Below, piece after piece: positions 24,737 through 39,293 of a DNA stretch of 64,000 nt (position 1 is the first letter of the stretch; each line of letters starts with the position of its first letter). The notes below the pieces were generated by a model. The model was not told the origin of the DNA. It searched no databases and saw only the letters and a program-made list of their open reading frames with translations. Origin of the DNA: Octopus sinensis (Eukaryota); contig NC_043019.1 of assembly GCF_006345805.1 (NCBI RefSeq), forward strand, positions 12,151,360 to 12,215,359, given 5' to 3'. Made by a program: the position numbers and the translations under genes.

Positions 24737-27700
24737 GTTGCCAGCCTCGCCTGGTCCCCGTGCCGGTGGCACGTAAAAGCACCATCCGTTCGTGGCTGTT
24801 TGCCAGCTCCGTCTGGCACCTGTGCGGGTGGCACGTAAAAAGCACCCACTACATTCACGGAGTGGTTGGTGTTAGGAAGGCATTCCAGCCGTAGAAACAC
24901 TGCCAGATCAGACTGGGCCTGATGCAGCCTTCTGGCTTCACAGACCCCAGTTGAACCGTCCAACCCATGCTAGCATGGAAAGCGGACGCTAAATGATGAT
25001 GATGATATACATACATACATGCAAACAGGCATATACACACACACAACAGGTTCCCACATGGTTTACATCTAACAAATGGCATAGGTTGGTCTAGGGCCAT
25101 ATTAAAAGGCACAGACCCAAGACGCCATGCAATGGAACTGAACTCAAGACCATGTGATTTAGGGAAGCAAATCTCTTAACCACACAGCCATGCCATCAGC
25201 ATACTATTTTATAAACAAACACATTGACTAATGTAGCCCTAGAATTACTATTCCAGAAAACAAGATGAAGAGTTCATGGTTGGAAACCCATTCATCACAG
25301 CTCTGCTCACTCAAAGCTGGCTTGGAACTGAATAACAAACCCAGGACAAGGGATTTCACAACCAAATTTTATAAGGCTTAGATTTTTATAACAGACAACT
25401 CTTTGTCCAGGACATTTTTATTCCAAAACCTTAAAATATTATCAATGTATTTGTTTAACCCTACGTTAGCTCTGATCAAGCAGATCAAGGATCAAAAGTA
25501 TTCCAGCCATGACCATTATCCTGAATTTGTGTATATCTAGGACTACATGTCTCCTTCCATTTTTTTTTTTAAGATATAAAGGTTGTGATTTGAGAGGGAA
25601 TTTGGCTGCTATCTCTAGTATATCAAACTGCCACATATAAAGTCTTATGCTAGCTTGAAAACATCAATGTTAAGCATATAGAGTAGTAAGAGCACACCAG
25701 ACGAAGTAGAGTGAGCAAGAAATAATTGAATAGCTCTCACACAGACGAAGCCATGGTTAACTGCCAGCCAGGCGCACACACATACACACGGCAAGTCTAG
25801 ATTACAGCCAACCACACACACACACGCGAAACAAATTTATTTAAAGGGGAATAACTTTGCTGAACCCATCGCTATCTTGAAGCTGGAGAAATTACAGATA
25901 CAGTTTTTGATTTCACATCAGACAACTTTCAGCAGGGCATATTATTCAAGGAAAGTGAGCATCAGGGACAAATTTGGCTTCAGAGGCCTAACTTCACATA
26001 GGACCTGAGGTGACTCCTCCTAGGGGTTTTTTTTTTTTTTGAGAGATATTTTTGGTGGGGAAAAATGGGTATATGTTCCAACCAGGACCATCAAGTGGGC
26101 AGTAAAGAAATAAGATCCCTCTGCAAGAACCTGCTCTGACCACACTCCACCTCATAACTTTGTCCCCTAGCATGAAGCTGACCTCCCCCAGGGATGGATG
26201 GAAGCACTCCGTTGCTTACGATCAACGGAACAGCCTGCTCATGAAATTAACGTGTAAGTGGCTGAGCACTCCACAGACGTGTACCCTTAGTGTAGTTCTC
26301 GGGGATATTCAGCATGACACAGAGAGTGACAAGGCCGGACCTTTGAAATACAGGTACAACAGAAACAGGAAGTAAGAGTGAGAGAAAGTTGTGGTGAAAG
26401 AGTACAGCAGGGATCACCACCATCCCTGCCGGAGCCTCGTGGAGCTTTTAGGTGTTTTCGCTCAATAAACACTCACAACGCCCGGTTGGTAATCGAAACC
26501 ACGATCCTACAACCGCGAGTCCGCTGCCCTAACCACTGGGCCATTGCGCCTCCACCCCCCAGGGATAATAGTCCTGCAAATTGCACGACAACCTCAATAG
26601 TGTTGATGGCATGAAAAAAAAAAACCATCCAGTTCATGCTGTAAAGTGGTCGGCATTAAGAAAGGGCATTCCAGCCATTGAAGCCACATCACAGCAGACA
26701 CTGGAGCTCAATGCAAGACCTTGGACACAAAGGATCCTGCCATACCATCCAACCCATGCCAGCATGGAACATAGATGTTAAATGATGACAACAGTAATCA
26801 CAGGTGTGGCTGTGTGGTAAGTAGCTTGCTAACCAACCACGTGGTTCCAGGTTCAGTCCCACTGCGTGGCACCTTTGGCAAGTGTCTTCTACTATAGCCT
26901 CAGGTCAACCAAAGCCTTGTGAGTGGATTTGGTAGAAGGAAACTGAATGAAACCCATCATATATATGAATATGCTGATGTGTGTGTGTCTCTAACCACCA
27001 CTTGACAACCAGTGTTGGTGTGTGTACATCTCCATAACTTAGCAGTTTGGCAAAAGAGATCAATAGATTAAGTACTAGGCTTACAAAGATAAGTCCTGGG
27101 ATAGATTTGGTTAGCTAATACTCTTTGAGGCCCCAGAATGACTGCAATCAAATGACTGGAACAAGTAAATGAAACAAAAAAGATGACATATTGATACAAG
27201 GAGAGGTGGGGGGGGGAGAAAAAAAGCCTCACCTTTACTGATCGGTCTGGACCATTCCAACAATTCTGTCCCTTGTCGTACTTTTGGGATTTATAAATAT
27301 CAGGTGCAACACCATCCCAATGACCCCAGTGGCTAAACAAAGCAAAAAAAAATTGAGAAAATATCAGATAAGATTGGATGCAATTTATAAAGATTCATAT
27401 TAAAAAAGTATTCTATTATATTACTCTACTTCTTTGTATTGAGTTCTTTGTATCTGAATTGCTTATTATATAAGCCTTCCAGAGATTTGCTGTGGAGGGC
27501 TTACTTTGGCACAAAGCTAGGTCAATTGTATCAACCCCAGCGCTCAACTGGTACTTATTTTATCGACCCCCAAAAGGACGAAAGACAAAGTCAACTTTGG
27601 CAGAATTTGAACTCAGAACGTAAAGATAGATGAAATGCAGCCGAGCTTTTTGCCCGACATGCTAACGATTCTGCCAGCTTGCTGCCTTAATAATAATATA

Positions 27701-28664
27701 ATAATTTCTTTTTACACAGGGGCCACACCAGATTAACACCAATCATTCCACAGAGTGTACTGGGGGCTTTTTTACATGGCACCATCACCAGTGCTTTTTA
27801 CATGGCACCAGCACCCACATCAATGCTATTTATGTGGCACCTTTGTTTTAGGATCTCAATTCTGTTGTGGTGTGGTGGGGTGGGGTCAACTTACCCTAAA
27901 CTGGTTTCTATTCCACCAGATTTACTCCGCTGAGAAGCCCGATCGAAGGGACAAAATGAATACGTGTACTCTCTGTCTGTGTACTCAAAGCATTTGCCGT
28001 ACAAACTGTAGAACTCATTGTCTGGACCAAGATCTAAATCAAGTATTTTCTTCACATCACTGCAAAGAGGAAAAACACAGAAAATAGAATTCAAAGAACT
28101 GTAAAACAGTGTAATACAAAAAAAATTAATTAAAATGTCCAAGACCCTGGAAATACAAAACAATTCAAGTGCCATTATTGTCATCGTTTTAACATCCCAT
28201 CCACTTTCCTATACTTGCATGAGTTGGAAAGAATTTGTTAAATTATATATTCTACAACTGGATGCCCTCCCTGTCACCAACCCTCACTTATTTCCATGCA
28301 AGGTGATATTTCCCCATGACTAGACATGTTGTTCATGGAAAATTGGAAACAAACTACATTATGTGATGGTGCTGCTTCTTTACATCTATCACGCGATGTC
28401 AAAACAAAGAGATATAAACTCATGCATGCACACAGAGATACAATGGGGTACTGAAAAGTTCCTGGCTTTGGGTGAAAGAAAATATGGGAGGATTAGTTAA
28501 TGATTTTATTCAACATATTCCCCACTCAGATTCACACGCTTGTTGCAGTGATCCTTCAGTTTTTCTAAGCCATGTAAAAGAACTTGGCATGTTAGGCCTT
28601 CAAGCAGGCCTTTTGTAATATTCTTAAAGCCAGGAACTTTTCAGCACTTCCTCACACACACACG

Positions 28665-28698
<34 letters not shown>

Positions 28699-31645
28699 AA
28701 GAGAAATAACTCAGAATCCTTGCCTGGTACCAGATTGATCCCAAAATCTGATCAGTTTGTGCCAGTCACGAGACAAAACACCTCTGAAAGTTTCATTCAA
28801 ATCCATCCAGCAGTTCTTGAGATATCATGTCCACAGACGAACAAAACAAACAAACAACTGAAAACAATGCCTTTGCTAAGGCAGAGGTAATAATATACTC
28901 ACCTGATATCTTTTTCAAGTTCTCTAACTTTTTTATCAGCATCATGGTACTTAGACCTGGCTTGATCTGCAGCTGTATAATGCAACAAGAAGAAAAAAAA
29001 ACATGATTCTTATATTCTCAAATAAATTCAAGAATGAAAAATTAACAATTGATGCAACACTAAATAATCACTTAGAATATTGGAGACAGCAAGCTAGAAA
29101 CATATATAAGGAGAGTTTACGGAAAAAACAAAAGACGAAGAAAGGTGGTGTACAAAACAAACAGATGTATTAGTATAACGCTCAGGAATAGAAAAAGTCT
29201 TTTACGTTTCGAGCCTACGCTCTTCTACAGAAAGGGACACAGAAAAAACAAGGAGAGAAAAAAAAATGTGTGTAGTGGCTAATGATCTATCATGGTGACT
29301 GACCTTTAAATGAGTAAAGAGAGGTTAATGGATGGCTGAAAGCAGTGGGAAGGAAGTAAGTGGAGGTATGTTTTAGGCGATGGTGAAGAGTGAGGAGGTA
29401 GGATTTGCAGTCCGGCATGGTGGAATACCAAGGAGAAAACAAAAAAAAAATAAAAAGAAACATATATAGATATGTGTGTGTTTCCTTCCCAACTGCATAC
29501 TTCTGAGTTCAGTTCCACTGTATGACACCAAGGGCAATTGTTTTCTATTACAGCCTTGGGCTGACCAAAGCCTTGTGAAAGGATTTCGTAGACAGAAACT
29601 GAAAGAAACCCATCGTGTATGTATATGTGTGTGTCACCACCACTTGATGACCGGTGGTGGTGTGTTTTTATGCCCTTGTAACTTAGCAGTTCAGCAAAAG
29701 AGAATGATAGAATAAATACTAGGCTTTTAAGAAAAAAAAAGATAAATACTTTGGTCGATTCATACAACTAAAATTTCTTCAAAGCAGTGCCCCAGTATGA
29801 CCACAGCCTGAAGACTGAAACCAGTAAAAGATCAAAGATTTAGGAACAGATAAAACCTTGTGGTTTCATCAAGCAGATTAATAAAATATATATCAGTACT
29901 GATATAATCAACCAAAAACTTTGAAGCGGTGCTCCAGCTTGGTCGCAGTTCAAAGGAGGAAAATAATAAAATTACAGTCCTTTCTTTGTGTAACTCCTAT
30001 CAAGGGAGGTAATTAACTTTCAAAGGGAGATAATACATTAGAGATTTCCATTACCTCAAGGAAACAGTTTCATAATGATTTTAGGTCTAACCTATTTAAT
30101 GTGGCAGCTATCGAAAAGTTAACCAGAAAAGCACTTAGAAAATGTAGAAAGAAAATGTATACGTCTTTGATTAAAATTATTCTGTGTCTTTCGATAAAAA
30201 TAAGAAGCAACTTCAGACATTTTTTCACAACTGTCAGAGTGCAAAGCGCTTTTCACAAAAGCAGATTCCTAAGATGGTTGTGAGTAGCAATTGGAAAGAT
30301 AAGTATGAACATGCAATGTGCATGTGCACACTGAATTGATAAAATGGAAGAATAAAATCAATGCACATGTCAAAATAAAACAGAAGAGAAGAATAAAATA
30401 ATGAGTTATATGATGGTCTGCATACTACATCTGACACCAGTGTAGGGAAAACGACCATACGTAAGGAGTTGGTGACAGAAACGTCTCCTTTTAAACGCTG
30501 CACGGTCGCCCTAACAATATAAGCCGAAGATGGTTGTTATCTAAGACGAGATCATTTCTAATATTATATCTCTCAAACAGTGAGGATATCAGCCACACTA
30601 CAGAGCCCCCCACCAGACGTTTTGTCGTAGACAAAACGGCAATAAAATGGACATTCTGCAGCGAAGAGGTGATATCCGAATGGTTGGTCACATAAACTGG
30701 CACTAGGTCACCGAATGGGACGTTCGAGTGAACGTGAGGCCACTGAGAATAATAATGGCTAAATGATCAAAAAAGAGGGGTCACCAGTGTACGTAAAACG
30801 ACCATACATAAGGAGTTGGTGACAAACGTCTCCTTTTAAACACCGCACGGTCACCCTAACGAAATAAGCTGAAGATGGTTGTTATCTAAGACGAGATCAT
30901 TTCTTATATATCTCTCAAACAGTGAGGATATCAGCCATGCTACCTAACTATCTCACAGGTTTACTGCAATTCTCTTTAGTTTTATTTGATTTCATCATTG
31001 AAGTCGAGATTTCACTGTACTTGTAAATATACAATAATGAATACTTATTGGGATAGGAAAGAAATATTTAAAAATATAAAATTTACTTCTAGGGCTATAG
31101 GGTCAGGCATGGCTCTGATATTAAGAAGCCTGATTCCCAAACACATGGTTTTGGGTTTGGTCCCATTGTGCAGCAAGCCCTGAGTTAACCAAAGCCTTGT
31201 GAGTGGATTTGATAATGCTTACATGTATAAGGAGAGTTTCTGATCTGAGTTAAAAAATGACAGGACCTCTTTAATAAGAAATAAAATGAAATAAAAAATA
31301 AAAGAAATTCGGAGTTTAACATACAACATCAGTGCAAAATGCACTGCGTTCAGCAGTCTTTGGTTCCAAAACATTTGTTACACTTGCCTTTTCTTTTTTC
31401 TAATAAAACCTTTTACAAATTGTGTCTGGGGAGAGTCATTTTCTTTTTGTGCCTTATTATGTAACACACTCACCGGTAAAATTTCCACTTATTTCTTATT
31501 TTTATTTTCCTAAAATTTTCGTTGCGTCTTGCAACCTTTTCAATAGTTTTGACTGTCCGTTATTTACACTGTGTTCCCTTTTGTTTGTTTGTGCGCATGT
31601 GTGTGGGTCAGTTTGTGTGTGTGTGCCTATACATGCATGTACGTA

Positions 31646-31682
<37 letters not shown>

Positions 31683-32740
31683 ATGTGTATATATGTAAAT
31701 ATGTGTGTGTATGCATATGTATATATGTATGCATGTGTGCATCTGTATGTACATATACTCTTTTACTTGTTTCAGTCATTTGACTGCGGCCATGCTGGAG
31801 CACCGCCTTTAGTCAAGCAACTCGACCCCGGGACTTATTCTTTTGTAAGCCCAGTACTTATTCTATCGGTCTCTTTTGCCGAACCGCTAAGTAACGGGGA
31901 CAAACACAGACACACACATGCATATCATCATCATCATCATATATATATATATATATACGACGGGCTTCTTTCAGTTTCCGTCTACCAAATCCACTCACAA
32001 GGCTTTGGTCGGCCCGGGGCTATAGCAGAAGACACTTGCCCAAGGTGCCTCGCAGTGGGACTGAACCCGGAACCCTGTAGTTCCTAAGCAAGCTACTTAC
32101 CACACAGCCACTCCTGCGCCTATCCTACATATTTATGTGCTTGCCTTTTATAAATTACTGGTGTGTCATAACATATTAATTTACTAAATGAGCCATGAAT
32201 CCCGAATAAAAAACAACACAGAAAATAAAATCCCTGGCCTAGATAAAGAGTTGAGGTCATATTGTGACTGATGTAATTTACTCACCACACACACCCAGTT
32301 CACATATTTTTATAATAGCATACACAGAGCATTCAGATTACTCTGTCAAATGGAATCTTTTATCTTGTTTCAATCATTAAACTGTGGCCATGCTGGGGCA
32401 CTGCCTTGAAGAAATTTCAGTCAAATGAATCGACCCCAATACTTGTTTTCTTTTAAACCCATTCTATCAGTCTCTTTCACTAAACTACTAAGCTATGGGG
32501 CCATAAACACACCCTCACCAGTTTTTGAGTGGTACTGAGGGACAGACACACACATTCTTTTACTTATTTATCATTTGACTGTGGCCATGTTGAAGCACCA
32601 GCTATATATATATATACAAATTGAGATAGGGGTTGTAAATGCAGTCTCTTATGTGGTGGTTTAATAAAGTATGTGATTGAGTATTATCTGGTAATTGATA
32701 TTTGATTTAGATGTATTTCTCCATTTTCTTATCTTGTATG

Positions 32741-32780
<40 letters not shown>

Positions 32781-33515
32781 TACGTTACATACATACACAC
32801 ACAGTAATCCCTAAACTATCGCAGGTGTTATGTTCCAAAAACCCCTGCAATAGGTGAAAATCCATGAAGTAGAATAAGTACTTTATTCCTTTATTTGTTT
32901 GTCATGACTGTGGCCATGCTGGAGCACCGCTTTTAGTTGAGCAAATCGACCCCAGGACTTATTCTTTGTAAGCCAAGTACTTATTCTATCAGTCTCTTTT
33001 TTGCCGAACTACTAAGTTATGGGGACGTAAACACACCAGCATCAGTTATCAAGCAATGATGGGGGGGACAAACAGCTGGATGCCCTTCCTAATGCCAACC
33101 ACTTAACAGGATGTACTGGGTGTTTTTTTTTTACATGCCACTGGCAGGGGTGCTTTTTAAGTGGCACCATCACCTGAAAGGATAAGCCTGTATGTGTGGA
33201 TGACAACAATTTTACTTGACGTGTCTTATCAAGGACAGCTAATCACCACATCTTGCAGCCCCTTGTCATTTCCTCAGCGTGGAAAAACTTTCAAGAGGTG
33301 CATAGAGTGAAAAGGACCAGAGATTGGTTAGGGTGAGGGAGTTGGCTGTGTGATAAGTAGCTTGCTAACCAACCACATGGTTCCGGGTTCAGTCCCACTG
33401 CGTGGCACCTTGGGCAAGTGTCTTCTACTATAGCCTCGGGCCGACCAAAACCTTGTGAGTGGATTTGGTAGACGGAAACTGAAAGAAGCCCGTCGTGTAT
33501 ATATATGTATATATA

Positions 33516-33559
<44 letters not shown>

Positions 33560-36500
33560 GTGTGTGTGTGTATATGTTTGCGTATGTCCCCCCAACATCG
33601 CTTGACAACCGATGCTGGTGTGTTTACGTCCCCGTAACTTAGCAGTTCAGCAAAAGAGTCCGATAGAATAAGCACTAGGCTTACAAAGAATAAGTCCTGG
33701 GGTCGATTTAATTGACTGAAAAGGTGGTGCTCCAGCATGGCCACAGTCAAATGACTGAAACAAGTAAAAGTGTAAAGAGTACCTGTTACGTTAAATTAAA
33801 TAAGCACACACACACAACTGACCTTCTATTAAAGATTTTGTCTCCTGATCATAGTCTGGCATCTGCGGTTGAGTTTCTTTGTCTTTTCCCTCCTCAGTCT
33901 TCTTCTTTGCTTCATCTTCAGTTGGCAGAGGCTACAACAACAAAGAAAAAAAATTAGAAATATATAAAAAAAAAAAAAAACTTGATATTTGTAAAAGAAA
34001 TTTGTCTCCATGCAACTTCTAATTCATTCAGTTATTCATCATCAAAGAATCTTGTTGGTTGGGAGGAAATTAGTATTTTGTCATAGAACCATTTGTAAAT
34101 GTAGTTGCATTGAATGATGAGAAAGACCTATTTTCTAGTTGGTCAACTGGAGATGTCATTTAACTTAATATCAGTCATAGATGTCACTACTTAGGCAAAG
34201 TACAACAATCCCACAATCCCGTTCTACAAGTTCAAAAATTCTTGTAGCAAATTCAGTCAAGTGTTGGTCCATGTTGACCCTTATGTATCAGACTATTCTG
34301 TCAAACAATGCTTTTTCATTCAGATCACTTTTAATTAATCAAGCATTATCTTGTAGTTTCAAAATTTTGATGATGTGATGGTATATTTCATAATGGCATT
34401 AAAGGGCAGGTGCGATGGGCTGGATTTGGCTGATTAGAACATAAATCAGGTAGCATACCTGGGTCAGATATGGCTGGTTTAAATGCTAATGAGCTAAGGT
34501 AAACTCATGTTTGTTTCCAATAAAATCAAAAAAAAAAAAACAGCACACCACCCATGACTTACATAAACATTTTTTTCACCTTCCAAAGCATGAAATAAGC
34601 TACTCATATCAGTTGTTAACTGCTAGGACACTACATCCTTCAAAAATGCAGAATCATTAGCTCAATGGACAAAGTAATTAGAATGTAAAGGATTAGAAGA
34701 AATGCCTCTGAGTTCAAATCCTGCAAAAGTCATCTTTGCCTTTGAGGGACAATAAAATAAAGTACTAAGTCAAGTACTGGGACCTATGTAATTAGTTAAC
34801 TACCTTCCTCTAAAAATTGCTGGCCTAGGGTTAAAATTTGAAGAATTATCCTTTAAAAAAAAAAAATTTTTTTAAAAGACAATGTTTCGAACAAAATGCT
34901 TGGCAGAATTTCTGACTTTTTACTCTCCGAGTTCAAATCCCATCATGATTAACTTTGCCTTTCATATTTTCAGAGTTGTTAAATTACCAATCAAGTACCG
35001 GGGTTGCTGTAATTGACTAAACCCCTCCCCATGACATTGGCTGGCCTTGTGCTATATTTTGAAACTTTTTTTTTTTAACATAACATTTTCAAATGGCTTA
35101 TAATTTGAACAGCTCATCTGCTTTGGAATCACTAGAAACATCTAACAAAAGTGTACTGCTAATGCTACTACCATTCTGCTGAATGATCCAAAAGCCTCAA
35201 AACTAACTTTATGGAATGTAGTGTTCAATGATAATCTGCAATAAGTGCAGTTTTAGAACTTCTGCAGCTCTGGTTCTTTTGCTAATATTACAAATTGCCA
35301 TATTATTACATGTCCACTAAGTTCACCGTCGTCAATTCACAGCAGGCAAAGTTCACCGTTGCCAATTCACCATTGTCAAAATAGTTTTAAACTCTTAATG
35401 GTGAGATACTATGGATATATTTTCTCGGTAAACTTTCCTGATGGTGAACTCTCATGCAATGAATTGATGGCAGTGAACTTACCTGTAATCATATTCATAA
35501 TGAAAATTGTCAGTCATCTATCACAACAAGGATCAGCTAGTCATCCTTAAGGTTGACAACTTGTGTAATGGCAACTTAAAATGATGAAGAGTTATGCACT
35601 ATCTGCCTCATTCTCTCATCCATGATCATCTTCAGTCCAGTGGCAAGATGGATGGGAATGGAGATAGATGCAGTGAATGGCAAAGATCTCTTGCCTGCTT
35701 CATTTTCTCTTTGCACTCCACAAAGCATTGTTGCAATCATGAAGGTTTTTTTTTCTGCAGAATCAGCCAACCCCAGCATTCACATGCATAGACAGGCAAG
35801 CCACAATAAGCTAATTGACCCATTACAGGGAGTCTTATAAGTGCTTCTACTCCGGATCAGATAAGATCTGGGAACAATAATAGCCAAGAGGTGATTCCAG
35901 ATTCCTCAAAACTTTGGAACTCTTGGACCAGGATCCCACTATCAGATGCAGTTTAGAGTCATGCCCAGGATGAAACTTAATCTGGATGCCCCATGAACTG
36001 TTTTGTCACCAGGCCATAAGCAATACTTACAGATGCAACTTCCACAGAAATTTTCCTGTTTCTTGAAGTAGGTTTATCAAAGAGGTTTTTCCCTGTTCCC
36101 ACAAATGGATAAAAAAAAAGACTATTGTGTGTAATGAGAAGAGGGCATAGAAGAACCGTGTGATATGGTTGGAGCACTCGGTAAACAAATTCAAACACCT
36201 GCAAAGAAGCCTGACATGCTCTGGTTCTTCTCAGAATAAGAAGAACTTTGACATAAATCAAAAACTGAATGAGAAGAAATAACAAGTGGCTCTGGACGAA
36301 CTACAATTTAACCACCACCTTTTGTTTTGAATATGGCTTTTTTTTTTTCTTTTGAAGAAAGTTCCAAACAAGGCAAGAAGTCAATGTGAAGGACTATGAA
36401 GAAGGAGAATTATGATGAAAGGAATGAATTTACTTCAGACTTGAAAGAGTTCAGGTCACAAGAAGAGGGACAACAATGAGATGAAAGAGATCCAAAGTCT

Positions 36501-36761
36501 AACAGTTCATGGACAAAAAAAGCTATGACCATAGAAAAACTTCTTCATTAATAGAAGCACAAAAGCATTAGGACGAAAGACACAGAGTTTCAAGTTAGGT
36601 TAAGATTGAACAAAGTGATCTGGTACTTATGTTGATGTTTATTTTCTTTAATTTTCAATCAAGAAGCTTCAGTTCACTTTGAGCCTTGAACTCAGAGAAT
36701 TAAAATCGTGACAGAACTTAGTTGTGATTCGTTACCTTGAGACAGGTTACTCTGGAGAAAG

Positions 36762-36797
<36 letters not shown>

Positions 36798-39254
36798 TCA
36801 TCATCATCATCGTTTAACGTCCGTTTTCCGCGCTAGCACGGGTTGGACGGTTTGACCGGGGTCTGGGGAGCAGGGACTGCCCCAGGCTCCAGTCTGATCT
36901 GGCAGTGTTTCTACAGCTGGATGCCCTTCCTAACGCCAACCACTCCGCGAGTGTAGTGGGTGCTTTTTACGTGCCACCTGCACAGGTGCCAGAGGGGTCT
37001 GGCATCGGCCACGATCGGTTATTGCCTTTTTTCGTTGCATTGCGGCAGGGGGGAGAGTTCCGGCAGAGAGGAGAGAGGGAGAGAGAGTGGGGGGGATGCA
37101 TGTAATATAGGGGAGCACCAGTGGGGAAGGTTTGGGGTAAAGAGAAACGATGACAGGTAGGGTTGGTGGCAGGTTCTAGACAGAATGAAAAGTAGGAAGT
37201 AAAACGTAGGATATCACGAGTGGGGGAGGGGGCTGGAAGGAGATAGCCAGTTGAGGCAGTGACACATTTCAAAACAGGAGGAACATAAGATAACAGGTTA
37301 AGTGGGACGTTTGATGAGCTGCAGCGCTAGCTGCTTCTGTCCAGGGGGAGAGAGGCAGGGGTAAAATACATAGTGAGAAAGTATATTGAGGAGGAGGGGT
37401 AGGAGGAACAGACACACGTAGTGGTGGCGGTGGTAGAGGGGATATCCGGTGAGGATGGTGTAAACAGTGTGTTCTCCGGTATGGGTGGTGGGGGTGGGAG
37501 GGCGGGCGAACCGCGAACGAATGGCGGGCTGCGAAGATTTTGATTGGGGACAGTAGACTTAAAACAATCGGGGTTTGAAGAAATGAACAGAGTAACGAAC
37601 AAATTAACTTGGTATCGAGGGGTTAAACAAATTAAAGGGTTATATTTTAAGAACAAGCAGAATTAGTGAATAGATTCGAACATTTAAGGGTTAGCGGCAA
37701 ATGTATGTGTGTAGTACAAGAGTCGGAAGAAATGAAATGAGAATTCTTAGCTTGCTTGCTATGATCATCGCTGTGTGGTCAAGAAAGGGTGAATGAAAGA
37801 GAAGCACACGAGGTGATTATTTATATAGGTTCACCGGAAGTGGGTTGGAAAGACAGAAGTTTTGATTGAAAGTAATGGTGGAGGACGAACGAAATATCTT
37901 CATACCGAGGCATTTTAAAAAAATTTAAGAAATTTGAGGAGGAAAGAACACGCAGGTTAGCGAATGGCGGGCTGCAAGATTTTGATTGGGGACAGTAGAC
38001 TTAAAACAATCGGGGTTTGAAGAAATGAACAGAGTAACGAACAAATTAACTTGGTACCGAGGGGTTAAACAAATTAAAGGGTTATATTTTAAGAACAAGC
38101 AGAATTAGTGAATAGATTCGAACATTTAAGGGTTAGCGGCAAATGTATGTGTGTAGTACATATATATTTATTAATATGGTGAGGGTTGACAACGAGTATA
38201 GTGAAGAATTCCAGGTAGGAGTCCACCAAGGATCAGTCCTCAGCCCCCTCTTATTCATCATAGTCCTCCAAGCAATAACAGAGGAATTTAAGACAGGATA
38301 CCCCTGGGAGCTTCTTATATACTGATGACCTTGCTCTAATAGCTGAGTCATTGTCAGAACTAGAGGAGAAGTTTCTGGTGTAGAAGAAAGGTTTAACATC
38401 GAAGGGCCTTAGAGTCAATCTAGCAAAAACCAAAGTCTTAGTAAGTAGGAAGGCAGACAAATCACAAATCCCTTCAGGTAGATGGCCCTGCTCAATCTTT
38501 AGAAAAGGCATAGGTAGAAACTCCATAAGATGTACCCAGTGTAAGCTATGGACACATAAGAGGTGCAGCAATATCAAAGGAAGGCTAACTGGGAAGATAG
38601 TTTTTGTGTGTGGCAAATGCTCAGGAGCAATAAACACTATATATTTATAATAATAAGGGTTTTTTGCAACAAGTTGCTTAAACCACATACCGAAAATATT
38701 AGAAATAGCAGTCAAAGGACTACTATTTCTTTTACTACAAATATTGTTGTTTGTGGAGACTTATTTTTGTAGTAAAAGAAATAGTAGTCCTTTGACTGCT
38801 ATTTCTAATATTTTCGGTATGTGGTTTAAGCAACTTGTTGCAAAAAACCCTTATTATTATAATTATATAAATGTTTACCAAATATGGTCCTTTTCCATAC
38901 CGAAATACTACTAGGTGAAATTTTTTGATTTTATTAAATCAATTATATTTCACCCTTTATCTGTGTGTATGTATATATATATATATATATATATATGCAA
39001 TTCATCTCGACTCATATAAACACAGGCATATATACACACACACACAATGCACATACATAAATACAAGTAAGAAAAGAACATTCTTGACAGACATATATTG
39101 TCTGTAATACTGAGTTTCTGTAGCAAGTCTAGGATATCAACAAGAAACCCAATGAGTCAATGAAGGCCACTGCCAAATACCTCCATTTATCAAAGACAAC
39201 AATCAGATGTGTGTAGCGTGAAGAAATCAGGTACAATTCCTGTGTAATGAGATG

Positions 39255-39293
<39 letters not shown>

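Noticed and set aside
30433-30945. About 165-bp direct repeats resembling a mini-LTR element
   Set aside because: No TG..CA termini, PBS, PPT or TSD; more likely a partial tandem duplication of a retroposon tail
35960-36330. Minus-strand segment ending in a GTAAGT donor within a PRKCSH intron
   Set aside because: No recognisable product, stops in most frames, and not needed for the PRKCSH frame
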